Source: Eledone cirrhosa (taxonomy: Eukaryota). From it: a DNA stretch of 64,000 bases. The stretch lies in contig OZ024740.1 in the NCBI GenBank assembly GCA_964016885.1, forward strand, positions 389,608,001 to 389,672,000, in the 5' to 3' direction. Below are positions 36,001-51,000 of this stretch, in pieces. Each line of letters opens with the position of its first letter. Positions within the stretch are counted from its first letter, which is position 1. Position numbers and translations under genes: made by a program. Under the pieces are notes generated by a model that had not been told where the DNA came from, searched no databases, and was given only the letters and a program-made list of their open reading frames with translations.

Positions 36001-39000
36001 TCATGTTCTGTCGGAGTTAGAACCTCTATTTATTCATGTTCTGTCGGAGTTAGAACCTCTGTTTATTCATGTTCTGTCGGAGTCAGAACCTCTATTTATT
36101 CATGTTCTGTCGGAGTTAGAACCGCTGTTTATTCATGTTCTGTCGGAATCAGAAGCCCTATTTATTCATGTTCTGTCGGAGTTAGAACCTCTATTTATTC
36201 ATGTTCTGTCGGAGTTAGAACCTCTGTTTATTCATGTTCTGTCGCAGTTAGAACCTCTATTTATTCATGTTCTGTGGGAGTTAGAACCTCTGTTTATTCA
36301 TGTTCTGTCGGAGTTAGAACCTCTGTTTATTCATGTTCTGTCGGAGTTAGAACCTCTGTTTATTCATGTTCTGTCGGAGTCAGAACCTCTATTTATTCAT
36401 GTTCTGTCGCAGTTAGAACCTCTTGTCGGAGTCAGAACCTCTATTTATTCATGTTCTGTCGGAGTTAGAACCTCTATTTATGCATGTTCTGTCAGAGTTA
36501 GAACCTCTATTTATTCATGTTCTGTCGGCGTTAGAACCTCTATTTATTCATGTTCTGTCGGAGTTAGAACCTCTATTTATTCATGTTCTGTCGGAGTTAG
36601 AACCTCTGTTTATTCATGTTCTGTCGGAGTCAGAACCTCTATTTATTCATGTTCTGTCGCAGTTAGAACCTCTTGTCGGAGTCAGAACCTCTATTTATTC
36701 ATGTTCTGTCGGTGTTAGAACCTCTATTTATGCATGTTCTGTCGGAGTTAGAACCTCTATTTATTCATGTTCTGTCGGAGTTAGAACCTCTATTTATTCA
36801 TGTTCTGTCGGAGTTAGAACCTCTATTTATTCATGTTCTGTCGGAGTTAGAACCTCTGTTTATTCATGTTCTGTCGCAGTTAGAACCTCTATTTATTCAT
36901 GTTCTGTGGTAGTTATAACCTCTATTTATTCATGTTCTGTCGGAGTTATAACCACTTGTCGGAGTCAGTACCTCTATTTATTCATGTTCTTTCGGAGTTA
37001 GAACCTCTGTTTATTCATGTTCTTTCGGAGTTAGAACCTGTTTATTCATGTTCTTTCGGAGTTAGAACCTCTGTTTATTCATGTTCTGCCGCAGTTAGAA
37101 CCTCTTGTCGGAGTTAGAACCTCCGTTTATTCATGTTTCTCGGAGTTAGAACCTCTGTTTATTCATGTTCTTTCGGAGTTAGAACCTCTATTTATTCATG
37201 TTCTGTCGCAGTTAGAACCTCTTGTCGGAGTTAGAACCTCTGTTTATTCATGTTCTGTCGGAGTCAGAACCTCTATTTATTCATGTTCTGTCGGAGTTAG
37301 AACCGCTGTTTATTCATGTTCTGTCGGAATCAGAAGCCCTATTTATTCATGTTCTGTCGGAGTTAGAACCTCTATTTATTCATGTTCTGTCGGAGTTAGA
37401 ACCTCTGTTTATTCATGTTCTGTCGCAGTTAGAACCTCTATTTATTCATGTTCTGTGGGAGTTAGAACCTCTGTTTATTCATGTTCTGTCGGAGTTAGAA
37501 CCTCTGTTTATTCATGTTCTGTCGGAGTCAGAACCTCTATTTATTCATGTTCTGTCGCAGTTAGAACCTCTTGTCGGAGTCAGAACCTCTATTTATTCAT
37601 GTTCTGTCGGAGTTAGAACCTCTATTTATTCATGTTCTGTCGGAGTTAGAACCTCTATTTATTCATGTTCTGTCGGAGTCAGAACCTCTATTTATTCATG
37701 TTCTGTCGGAGTTAGAAACTCTGTTTATTCATGTTCTGTCGGAGTCAGAACCTCTGTTTATTCATGTTCTGTCGCAGTTAGAACCTCTATTTATTCATGT
37801 TCTGTGGGAGTTAGAACCTCGATTTATTCATGTTCTGTCGGAGTTAGAACCTCTGTTTATTCATGTTCTGTCGGAGTCAGAAGCTCTATTTATTCATGTT
37901 CTGTCGGAGTTAGAACCTCTGTTTATTCATGTTCTGTCGGAGTCAGAAGCTCTATTTATTCATGTTCTGTCGGAGTTAGAACCTCTGTTTATTCATGTTC
38001 TGTCGGAGTCAGAACCTCTATTTATTCATGTTCTGTCGGAGTTAGAACCGCTGTTTATTCATGTTCTGTCGGAATCAGAAGCCCTATTTATTCATGTTCT
38101 GTCGGAGTTAGAACCTCTATTTATTCATGTTCTGTCGGAGTTAGAACCTCTGTTTATTCATGTTCTGTCGGAGTCAGAACCTCTATTTATTCATGTTCTG
38201 TCGGAGTTAGAACCGCTGTTTATTCATGTTCTGTCGGAATCAGAAGCCCTATTTATTCATGTTCTGTCGGAGTTAGAACCTCTATTTATTCATGTTCTGT
38301 CGGAGTTAGAACCTCTGTTTATTCATGTTCTGTCGCAGTTAGAACCTCTATTTATTCATGTTCTGTGGGAGTTAGAACCTCTGTTTATTCATGTTCTGTC
38401 GGAGTTAGAACCTCTGTTTATTCATGTTCTGTCGGAGTCAGAACCTCTATTTATTCATGTTCTGTCGCAGTTAGAACCTCTTGTCGGAGTCAGAACCTCT
38501 ATTTATTCATGTTCTGTCGGAGTTAGAACCTCTATTTATGCATGTTCTGTCAGAGTTAGAACCTCTATTTATTCATGTTCTGTCGGCGTTAGAACCTCTA
38601 TTTATTCATGTTCTGTCGGAGTTAGAACCTCTATTTATTCATGTTCTGTCGGAGTTAGAACCTCTGTTTATTCATGTTCTGTCGGAGTCAGAACCTCTAT
38701 TTATTCATGTTCTGTCGCAGTTAGAACCTCTTGTCGGAGTCAGAACCTCTATTTATTCATGTTCTGTCGGTGTTAGAACCTCTATTTATGCATGTTCTGT
38801 CGGAGTTAGAACCTCTATTTATTCATGTTCTGTCGGAGTTAGAACCTCTATTTATTCATGTTCTGTCGGAGTTAGAACCTCTATTTATTCATGTTCTGTC
38901 GGAGTTAGAACCTCTGTTTATTCATGTTCTGTCGCAGTTAGAACCTCTATTTATTCATGTTCTGTGGTAGTTATAACCTCTATTTATTCATGTTCTGTCG

Positions 39001-42000
39001 GAGTTATAACCACTTGTCGGAGTCAGTACCTCTATTTATTCATGTTCTTTCGGAGTTAGAACCTCTGTTTATTCATGTTCTTTCGGAGTTAGAACCTCTG
39101 TTTATTCATGTTCTTTCGGAGTTAGAACCTCTGTTTATTCATGTTCTGCCGCAGTTAGAACCTCTTGTCGGAGTTAGAACCTCTGTTTATTCATGTTCTT
39201 TCGGAGTTAGAACCTCTATTTATTCATGTTCTGTCGCAGTTAGAACCTCTTGTCGGAGTTAGAACCTCTATACATTCATGTTCTTTCGGAGTTAGAACCT
39301 CTATTTATTCATGTTCTGTCGGAGTTAGAACCTCTGTTTATTCATGTTCTGTCGGAGTTAGAACCTCTGTTTATTCATGTTCTGTCGGAGTTAGAACCTC
39401 TGTTTATTCATGTTCTTTCGGAGTTAGAACCTCTATTTATTCATGTTCTGTCGGAGTCAGAAGCTCTATTTATTCATGTTCTGTCGGAGTTAGAACCTCT
39501 TGTCGGAGTTAGAACCTCTATTTATTCATGTTCTGTCAGAGTTAAAACCTCTATTTATTCATGTTCTGTCGGAGTTAGAACCTCTATTTATTCATGTTCT
39601 TTCGGAGTTAGAACCTCTATTTATTCATGTTCTGTCGGAGTTAGAACCTCTGTTTATTCATGTTCTGTCGCAGTTAGAACCTCTATTTATTCATGTTCTG
39701 TGGTAGTTATAACCTCTATTTATTCATGTTCTGTCGGAGTCAGAACCTCTATTTATTCATGTTCTGTCGCAGTTATAACCACTTGTCGGAGTCAGTACCT
39801 CTATTTATTCATGTTCTTTCGGAGTTAGAACCTCTGTTTATTCATGTTCTTTCGGAGTTAGAACCTCTGTTTATTCATGTTCTTTCGGAGTTAGAACCTC
39901 TGTTTATTCATGTTCTGCCGCAGTTAGAACCTCTTGTCGGAGTTAGAACCTCCGTTTATTCATGTTTCTCGGAGTTAGAACCTCTGTTTATTCATGTTCT
40001 TTCGGAGTTAGAACCTCTGTTTATTCATGTTCTGCCGCAGTTAGAACCTCTTGTCGGAGTTAGAACCTCCGTTTATTCATGTTTCTCGGAGTTAGAACCT
40101 CTGTTTATTCATGTTCTTTCGGAGTTAGAACCTCTATTTATTCATGTTCTGTCGCAGTTAGAACCTCTTGTCGGAGTTAGAACCTCTATACATTCATGTT
40201 CTTTCGGAGTTAGAACCTCTATTTATTCATGTTCTGTCGGAGTTAGAACCTCTGTTTATTCATGTTCTGTCGGAGTTAGAACCTCTGTTTATTCATGTTC
40301 TGTCGGAGTTAGAACCTCTGTTTATTCATGTTCTTTCGGAGTTAGAACCTCTATTTATTCATGTTCTGTCGGAGTTAGAACCTCTGTTTATTCATGTTCT
40401 GTCGGAGTCAGAACCTCTATTTATTCATGTTCTGTCGGAGTTAGAAACTCTGTTTATTCATGTTCTGTCGGAGTCAGAACCTCTATTTATTCATGTTCTG
40501 TCGGAGTTAGAAACTCTGTTTATTCATGTTCTGTCGGAGTCAGAACCTCTGTTTATTCATGTTCTGTCGCAGTTAGAACCTCTATTTATTCATGTTCTGT
40601 GGGAGTTAGAACCTCGATTTATTCATGTTCTGTCGGAGTTAGAACCTCTGTTTATTCATGTTCTGTCGGAGTCAGAAGCTCTATTTATTCATGTTCTGTC
40701 GGAGTTAGAACCTCTGTTTATTCATGTTCTGTCGGAGTCAGAAGCTCTATTTATTCATGTTCTGTCGGAGTTAGAACCTCTGTTTATTCATGTTCTGTCG
40801 GAGTCAGAACCTCTATTTATTCATGTTCTGTCGGAGTTAGAACCGCTGTTTATTCATGTTCTGTCGGAATCAGAAGCCCTATTTATTCATGTTCTGTCGG
40901 AGTTAGAACCTCTATTTATTCATGTTCTGTCGGAGTTAGAACCTCTGTTTATTCATGTTCTGTCGGAGTCAGAAGCTCTATTTATTCATGTTCTGTCGGA
41001 GTTAGAACCTCTGTTTATTCATGTTCTGTCGGAGTCAGAACCTCTATTTATTCATGTTCTGTCGGAGTTAGAACCGCTGTTTATTCATGTTCTGTCGGAA
41101 TCAGAAGCCCTATTTATTCATGTTCTGTCGGAGTTAGAACCTCTATTTATTCATGTTCTGTCGGAGTTAGAACCTCTGTTTATTCATGTTCTGTCGGAGT
41201 CAGAACCTCTATTTATTCATGTTCTGTCGGAGTTAGAACCGCTGTTTATTCATGTTCTGTCGGAATCAGAAGCCCTATTTATTCATGTTCTGTCGGAGTT
41301 AGAACCTCTATTTATTCATGTTCTGTCGGAGTTAGAACCTCTGTTTATTCATGTTCTGTCGCAGTTAGAACCTCTATTTATTCATGTTCTGTGGGAGTTA
41401 GAACCTCTGTTTATTCATGTTCTGTCGGAGTTAGAACCTCTGTTTATTCATGTTCTGTCGGAGTCAGAACCTCTATTTATTCATGTTCTGTCGCAGTTAG
41501 AACCTCTTGTCGGAGTCAGAACCTCTATTTATTCATGTTCTGTCGGAGTTAGAACCTCTATTTATGCATGTTCTGTCAGAGTTAGAACCTCTATTTATTC
41601 ATGTTCTGTCGGCGTTAGAACCTCTATTTATTCATGTTCTGTCGGAGTTAGAACCTCTATTTATTCATGTTCTGTCGGAGTTAGAACCTCTTGTCGGAGT
41701 CAGAACCTCTATTTATTCATGTTCTGTCGGTGTTAGAACCTCTATTTATGCATGTTCTGTCGGAGTTAGAACCTCTATTTATTCATGTTCTGTCGGAGTT
41801 AGAACCTCTATTTATTCATGTTCTGTCGGAGTTAGAACCTCTATTTATTCATGTTCTGTCGGAGTTAGAACCTCTGTTTATTCATGTTCTGTCGCAGTTA
41901 GAACCTCTATTTATTCATGTTCTGTGGTAGTTATAACCTCTATTTATTCATGTTCTGTCGGAGTTATAACCACTTGTCGGAGTCAGTACCTCTATTTATT

Positions 42001-45000
42001 CATGTTCTTTCGGAGTTAGAACCTCTGTTTATTCATGTTCTTTCGGAGTTAGAACCTCTGTTTATTCATGTTCTTTCGGAGTTAGAACCTCTGTTTATTC
42101 ATGTTCTGCCGCAGTTAGAACCTCTTGTCGGAGTTAGAACCTCCGTTTATTCATGTTTCTCGGAGTTAGAACCTCTGTTTATTCATGTTCTTTCGGAGTT
42201 AGAACCTCTATTTATTCATGTTCTGTCGCAGTTAGAACCTCTTGTCGGAGTTAGAACCTCTATACATTCATGTTCTTTCGGAGTTAGAACCTCTATTTAT
42301 TCATGTTCTGTCGGAGTTAGAACCTCTGTTTATTCATGTTCTGTCGGAGTTAGAACCTCTGTTTATTCATGTTCTGTCGGAGTTAGAACCTCTGTTTATT
42401 CATGTTCTTTCGGAGTTAGAACCTCTATTTATTCATGTTCTGTCGGAGTCAGAAGCTCTATTTATTCATGTTCTGTCGGAGTTAGAACCTCTTGTCGGAG
42501 TTAGAACCTCTATTTATTCATGTTCTGTCAGAGTTAAAACCTCTATTTATTCATGTTCTGTCGGAGTTAGAACCTCTATTTATTCATGTTCTTTCGGAGT
42601 TAGAACCTCTATTTATTCATGTTCTGTCGGAGTTAGAACCTCTGTTTATTCATGTTCTGTCGCAGTTAGAACCTCTATTTATTCATGTTCTGTGGTAGTT
42701 ATAACCTCTATTTATTCATGTTCTGTCGGAGTCAGAACCTCTATTTATTCATGTTCTGTCGCAGTTATAACCACTTGTCGGAGTCAGTACCTCTATTTAT
42801 TCATGTTCTTTCGGAGTTAGAACCTCTGTTTATTCATGTTCTTTCGGAGTTAGAACCTCTGTTTATTCATGTTCTTTCGGAGTTAGAACCTCTGTTTATT
42901 CATGTTCTGCCGCAGTTAGAACCTCTTGTCGGAGTTAGAACCTCCGTTTATTCATGTTTCTCGGAGTTAGAACCTCTGTTTATTCATGTTCTTTCGGAGT
43001 TAGAACCTCTGTTTATTCATGTTCTGCCGCAGTTAGAACCTCTTGTCGGAGTTAGAACCTCCGTTTATTCATGTTTCTCGGAGTTAGAACCTCTGTTTAT
43101 TCATGTTCTTTCGGAGTTAGAACCTCTATTTATTCATGTTCTGTCGCAGTTAGAACCTCTTGTCGGAGTTAGAACCTCTATACATTCATGTTCTTTCGGA
43201 GTTAGAACCTGTATTTATTCATGTTCTGTCGGAGTTAGAACCTCTGTTTATTCATGTTCTGTCCGAGTTAGAACCTCTGTTTATTCATGTTCTGTCGGAG
43301 TTAGAACCTCTGTTTATTCATGTTCTTTCGGAGTTAGAACCTCTATTTATTCATGTTCTGTCGGAGTTAGAACCTCTGTTTATTCATGTTCTGTCGGAGT
43401 CAGAACCTCTATTTATTCATGTTCTGTCGGAGTTAGAAACTCTGTTTATTCATGTTCTGTCGGAGTCAGAACCTCTATTTATTCATGTTCTGTCGGAGTT
43501 AGAAACTCTGTTTATTCATGTTCTGTCGGAGTCAGAACCTCTGTTTATTCATGTTCTGTCGCAGTTAGAACCTCTATTTATTCATGTTCTGTGGGAGTTA
43601 GAACCTCGATTTATTCATGTTCTGTCGGAGTTAGAACCTCTGTTTATTCATGTTCTGTCGGAGTCAGAAGCTCTATTTATTCATGTTCTGTCGGAGTTAG
43701 AACCTCTGTTTATTCATGTTCTGTCGGAGTCAGAAGCTCTATTTATTCATGTTCTGTCGGAGTTAGAACCTCTGTTTATTCATGTTCTGTCGGAGTCAGA
43801 ACCTCTATTTATTCATGTTCTGTCGGAGTTAGAACCGCTGTTTATTCATGTTCTGTCGGAATCAGAAGCCCTATTTATTCATGTTCTGTCGGAGTTAGAA
43901 CCTCTATTTATTCATGTTCTGTCGGAGTTAGAACCTCTGTTTATTCATGTTCTGTCGGAGTCAGAACCTCTATTTATTCATGTTCTGTCGGAGTTAGAAC
44001 TGCTGTTTATTCATGTTCTGTCGGAATCAGAAGCCCTATTTATTCATGTTCTGTCGGAGTTAGAACCTCTATTTATTCATGTTCTGTCGGAGTTAGAACC
44101 TCTGTTTATTCATGTTCTGTCGGAGTTAGAACCTCTGTTTATTCATGTTCTGTCGGAGTTAGAACCTCTGTTTATTCATGTTCTTTCGGAGTTAGAACCT
44201 CTATTTATTCATGTTCTGTCGGAGTTAGAACCTCTGTTTATTCATGTTCTGTCGGAGTCAGAACCTCTATTTATTCATGTTCTGTCGGAGTTAGAAACTC
44301 TGTTTATTCATGTTCTGTCGGAGTCAGAACCTCTATTTATTCATGTTCTGTCGGAGTTAGAACCGCTGTTTATTCATGTTCTGTCGGAATCAGAACCTCT
44401 ATTTATTCATGTTCTGTCGGAGTTAGAACCTCTATTTATTCATGTTCTGTCGGAGTTAGAACCTCTATTTATTCATGTTCTGTCGGAGTCAGAACCTCTA
44501 TTTATTCATGTTCTGTCGGAGTTAGAAACTCTGTTTATTCATGTTCTGTCGGAGTCAGAACCTCTGTTTATTCATGTTCTGTCGCAGTTAGAACCTCTAT
44601 TTATTCATGTTCTGTGGGAGTTAGAACCTCGATTTATTCATGTTCTGTCGGAGTTAGAACCTCTGTTTATTCATGTTCTGTCGGAGTCAGAAGCTCTATT
44701 TATTCATGTTCTGTCGGAGTTAGAACCTCTGTTTATTCATGTTCTGTCGGAGTCAGAAGCTCTATTTATTCATGTTCTGTCGGAGTTAGAACCTCTGTTT
44801 ATTCATGTTCTGTCGGAGTCAGAACCTCTATTTATTCATGTTCTGTCGGAGTTAGAACCGCTGTTTATTCATGTTCTGTCGCAGTTAGAACCTCTATTTA
44901 TTCATGTTCTGTGGGAGTTAGAACCTCTGTTTATTCATGTTCTGTCGGAGTTAGAACCTCTGTTTATTCATGTTCTGTCGGAGTCAGAACCTCTATTTAT

Positions 45001-48000
45001 TCATGTTCTGTCGCAGTTAGAACCTCTTGTCGGAGTCAGAACCTCTATTTATTCATGTTCTGTCGGAGTTAGAACCTCTATTTATTCATGTTCTGTCGGA
45101 GTTAGAACCTCTATTTATTCATGTTCTGTCGGAGTCAGAACCTCTATTTATTCATGTTCTGTCGGAGTTAGAAACTCTGTTTATTCATGTTCTGTCGGAG
45201 TCAGAACCTCTGTTTATTCATGTTCTGTCGCAGTTAGAACCTCTATTTATTCATGTTCTGTGGGAGTTAGAACCTCGATTTATTCATGTTCTGTCGGAGT
45301 TAGAACCTCTGTTTATTCATGTTCTGTCGGAGTCAGAAGCTCTATTTATTCATGTTCTGTCGGAGTTAGAACCTCTGTTTATTCATGTTCTGTCGGAGTC
45401 AGAAGCTCTATTTATTCATGTTCTGTCGGAGTTAGAACCTCTGTTTATTCATGTTCTGTCGGAGTCAGAACCTCTATTTATTCATGTTCTGTCGGAGTTA
45501 GAACCGCTGTTTATTCATGTTCTGTCGGAATCAGAAGCCCTATTTATTCATGTTCTGTCGGAGTTAGAACCTCTATTTATTCATGTTCTGTCGGAGTTAG
45601 AACCTCTGTTTATTCATGTTCTGTCGGAGTCAGAACCTCTATTTATTCATGTTCTGTCGGAGTTAGAACCGCTGTTTATTCATGTTCTGTCGGAATCAGA
45701 AGCCCTATTTATTCATGTTCTGTCGGAGTTAGAACCTCTATTTATTCATGTTCTGTCGGAGTTAGAACCTCTGTTTATTCATGTTCTGTCGCAGTTAGAA
45801 CCTCTATTTATTCATGTTCTGTGGGAGTTAGAACCTCTGTTTATTCATGTTCTGTCGGAGTTAGAACCTCTGTTTATTCATGTTCTGTCGGAGTCAGAAC
45901 CTCTATTTATTCATGTTCTGTCGCAGTTAGAACCTCTTGTCGGAGTCAGAACCTCTATTTATTCATGTTCTGTCGGAGTTAGAACCTCTATTTATGCATG
46001 TTCTGTCAGAGTTAGAACCTCTATTTATTCATGTTCTGTCGGCGTTAGAACCTCTATTTATTCATGTTCTGTCGGAGTTAGAACCTCTATTTATTCATGT
46101 TCTGTCGGAGTTAGAACCTCTGTTTATTCATGTTCTGTCGGAGTCAGAACCTCTATTTATTCATGTTCTGTCGCAGTTAGAACCTCTTGTCGGAGTCAGA
46201 ACCTCTATTTATTCATGTTCTGTCGGTGTTAGAACCTCTATTTATGCATGTTCTGTCGGAGTTAGAACCTCTATTTATTCATGTTCTGTCGGAGTTAGAA
46301 CCTCTATTTATTCATGTTCTGTCGGAGTTAGAACCTCTATTTATTCATGTTCTGTCGGAGTTAGAACCTCTGTTTATTCATGTTCTGTCGCAGTTAGAAC
46401 CTCTATTTATTCATGTTCTGTGGTAGTTATAACCTCTATTTATTCATGTTCTGTCGGAGTTATAACCACTTGTCGGAGTCAGTACCTCTATTTATTCATG
46501 TTCTTTCGGAGTTAGAACCTCTGTTTATTCATGTTCTTTCGGAGTTAGAACCTCTGTTTATTCATGTTCTTTCGGAGTTAGAACCTCTGTTTATTCATGT
46601 TCTGCCGCAGTTAGAACCTCTTGTCGGAGTTAGAACCTCCGTTTATTCATGTTTCTCGGAGTTAGAACCTCTGTTTATTCATGTTCTTTCGGAGTTAGAA
46701 CCTCTATTTATTCATGTTCTGTCGCAGTTAGAACCTCTTGTCGGAGTTAGAACCTCTGTTTATTCATGTTCTGTCGGAGTCAGAACCTCTATTTATTCAT
46801 GTTCTGTCGGAGTTAGAACCGCTGTTTATTCATGTTCTGTCGGAATCAGAAGCCCTATTTATTCATGTTCTGTCGGAGTTAGAACCTCTATTTATTCATG
46901 TTCTGTCGGAGTTAGAACCTCTGTTTATTCATGTTCTGTCGCAGTTAGAACCTCTATTTATTCATGTTCTGTGGGAGTTAGAACCTCTGTTTATTCATGT
47001 TCTGTCGGAGTCAGAACCTCTATTTATTCATGTTCTGTCGCAGTTAGAACCTCTTGTCGGAGTCAGAACCTCTATTTATTCATGTTCTGTCGGAGTTAGA
47101 ACCTCTATTTATTCATGTTCTGTCGGAGTTAGAACCTCTATTTATTCATGTTCTGTCGGAGTCAGAACCTCTATTTATTCATGTTCTGTCGGAGTTAGAA
47201 ACTCTGTTTATTCATGTTCTGTCGGAGTCAGAACCTCTGTTTATTCATGTTCTGTCGCAGTTAGAACCTCTATTTATTCATGTTCTGTGGGAGTTAGAAC
47301 CTCGATTTATTCATGTTCTGTCGGAGTTAGAACCTCTGTTTATTCATGTTCTGTCGGAGTCAGAAGCTCTATTTATTCATGTTCTGTCGGAGTTAGAACC
47401 TCTGTTTATTCATGTTCTGTCGGAGTCAGAAGCTCTATTTATTCATGTTCTGTCGGAGTTAGAACCTCTGTTTATTCATGTTCTGTCGGAGTCAGAACCT
47501 CTATTTATTCATGTTCTGTCGGAGTTAGAACCGCTGTTTATTCATGTTCTGTCGGAATCAGAAGCCCTATTTATTCATGTTCTGTCGGAGTTAGAACCTC
47601 TATTTATTCATGTTCTGTCGGAGTTAGAACCTCTGTTTATTCATGTTCTGTCGGAGTCAGAACCTCTATTTATTCATGTTCTGTCGGAGTTAGAACCGCT
47701 GTTTATTCATGTTCTGTCGGAATCAGAAGCCCTATTTATTCATGTTCTGTCGGAGTTAGAACCTCTATTTATTCATGTTCTGTCGGAGTTAGAACCTCTG
47801 TTTATTCATGTTCTGTCGCAGTTAGAACCTCTATTTATTCATGTTCTGTGGGAGTTAGAACCTCTGTTTATTCATGTTCTGTCGGAGTTAGAACCTCTGT
47901 TTATTCATGTTCTGTCGGAGTCAGAACCTCTATTTATTCATGTTCTGTCGCAGTTAGAACCTCTTGTCGGAGTCAGAACCTCTATTTATTCATGTTCTGT

Positions 48001-51000
48001 CGGAGTTAGAACCTCTATTTATGCATGTTCTGTCAGAGTTAGAACCTCTATTTATTCATGTTCTGTCGGCGTTAGAACCTCTATTTATTCATGTTCTGTC
48101 GGAGTTAGAACCTCTATTTATTCATGTTCTGTCGGAGTTAGAACCTCTGTTTATTCATGTTCTGTCGGAGTCAGAACCTCTATTTATTCATGTTCTGTCG
48201 CAGTTAGAACCTCTTGTCGGAGTCAGAACTTCTATTTATTCATGTTCTGTCGGTGTTAGAACCTCTATTTATGCATGTTCTGTCGGAGTTAGAACCTCTA
48301 TTTATTCATGTTCTGTCGGAGTTAGAACCTCTATTTATTCATGTTCTGTCGGAGTTAGAACCTCTATTTATTCATGTTCTGTCGGAGTTAGAACCTCTGT
48401 TTATTCATGTTCTGTCGCAGTTAGAACCTCTATTTATTCATGTTCTGTGGTAGTTATAACCTCTATTTATTCATGTTCTGTCGGAGTTATAACCACTTGT
48501 CGGAGTCAGTACCTCTATTTATTCATGTTCTTTCGGAGTTAGAACCTCTGTTTATTCATGTTCTTTCGGAGTTAGAACCTCTGTTTATTCATGTTCTTTC
48601 GGAGTTAGAACCTCTGTTTATTCATGTTCTGCCGCAGTTAGAACCTCTTGTCGGAGTTAGAACCTCCGTTTATTCATGTTTCTCGGAGTTAGAACCTCTG
48701 TTTATTCATGTTCTTTCGGAGTTAGAACCTCTATTTATTCATGTTCTGTCGCAGTTAGAACCTCTTGTCGGAGTTAGAACCTCTATACATTCATGTTCTT
48801 TCGGAGTTAGAACCTCTATTTATTCATGTTCTGTCGGAGTTAGAACCTCTGTTTATTCATGTTCTGTCGGAGTTAGAACCTCTGTTTATTCATGTTCTGT
48901 CGGAGTTAGAACCTCTGTTTATTCATGTTCTTTCGGAGTTAGAACCTCTATTTATTCATGTTCTGTCGGAGTCAGAAGCTCTATTTATTCATGTTCTGTC
49001 GGAGTTAGAACCTCTTGTCGGAGTTAGAACCTCTATTTATTCATGTTCTGTCAGAGTTAAAACCTCTATTTATTCATGTTCTGTCGGAGTTAGAACCTCT
49101 ATTTATTCATGTTCTTTCGGAGTTAGAACCTCTATTTATTCATGTTCTGTCGGAGTTAGAACCTCTGTTTATTCATGTTCTGTCGCAGTTAGAACCTCTA
49201 TTTATTCATGTTCTGTGGTAGTTATAACCTCTATTTATTCATGTTCTGTCGGAGTCAGAACCTCTATTTATTCATGTTCTGTCGCAGTTATAACCACTTG
49301 TCGGAGTCAGTACCTCTATTTATTCATGTTCTTTCGGAGTTAGAACCTCTGTTTATTCATGTTCTTTCGGAGTTAGAACCTCTGTTTATTCATGTTCTTT
49401 CGGAGTTAGAACCTCTGTTTATTCATGTTCTGCCGCAGTTAGAACCTCTTGTCGGAGTTAGAACCTCCGTTTATTCATGTTTCTCGGAGTTAGAACCTCT
49501 GTTTATTCATGTTCTTTCGGAGTTAGAACCTCTGTTTATTCATGTTCTGCCGCAGTTAGAACCTCTTGTCGGAGTTAGAACCTCCGTTTATTCATGTTTC
49601 TCGGAGTTAGAACCTCTGTTTATTCATGTTCTTTCGGAGTTAGAACCTCTATTTATTCATGTTCTGTCGCAGTTAGAACCTCTTGTCGGAGTTAGAACCT
49701 CTATACATTCATGTTCTTTCGGAGTTAGAACCTCTATTTATTCATGTTCTGTCGGAGTTAGAACCTCTGTTTATTCATGTTCTGTCCGAGTTAGAACCTC
49801 TGTTTATTCATGTTCTGTCGGAGTTAGAACCTCTGTTTATTCATGTTCTTTCGGAGTTAGAACCTCTATTTATTCATGTTCTGTCGGAGTTAGAACCTCT
49901 GTTTATTCATGTTCTGTCGGAGTCAGAACCTCTATTTATTCATGTTCTGTCGGAGTTAGAAACTCTGTTTATTCATGTTCTGTCGGAGTCAGAACCTCTA
50001 TTTATTCATGTTCTGTCGGAGTTAGAAACTCTGTTTATTCATGTTCTGTCGGAGTCAGAACCTCTGTTTATTCATGTTCTGTCGCAGTTAGAACCTCTAT
50101 TTATTCATGTTCTGTGGGAGTTAGAACCTCTGTTTATTCATGTTCTGTCGGAGTTAGAACCTCTGTTTATTCATGTTCTGTCGGAGTCAGAACCTCTATT
50201 TATTCATGTTCTGTCGCAGTTAGAACCTCTTGTCGGAGTCAGAACCTCTATTTATTCATGTTCTGTCGGAGTTAGAACCTCTATTTATGCATGTTCTGTC
50301 AGAGTTAGAACCTCTATTTATTCATGTTCTGTCGGCGTTAGAACCTCTATTTATTCATGTTCTGTCGGAGTTAGAACCTCTATTTATTCATGTTCTGTCG
50401 GAGTTAGAACCTCTGTTTATTCATGTTCTGTCGGAGTCAGAACCTCTATTTATTCATGTTCTGTCGCAGTTAGAACCTCTTGTCGGAGTCAGAACTTCTA
50501 TTTATTCATGTTCTGTCGGTGTTAGAACCTCTATTTATGCATGTTCTGTCGGAGTTAGAACCTCTATTTATTCATGTTCTGTCGGAGTTAGAACCTCTAT
50601 TTATTCATGTTCTGTCGGAGTTAGAACCTCTATTTATTCATGTTCTGTCGGAGTTAGAACCTCTGTTTATTCATGTTCTGTCGCAGTTAGAACCTCTATT
50701 TATTCATGTTCTGTGGTAGTTATAACCTCTATTTATTCATGTTCTGTCGGAGTTATAACCACTTGTCGGAGTCAGTACCTCTATTTATTCATGTTCTTTC
50801 GGAGTTAGAACCTCTGTTTATTCATGTTCTTTCGGAGTTAGAACCTCTGTTTATTCATGTTCTTTCGGAGTTAGAACCTCTGTTTATTCATGTTCTGCCG
50901 CAGTTAGAACCTCTTGTCGGAGTTAGAACCTCCGTTTATTCATGTTTCTCGGAGTTAGAACCTCTGTTTATTCATGTTCTTTCGGAGTTAGAACCTCTAT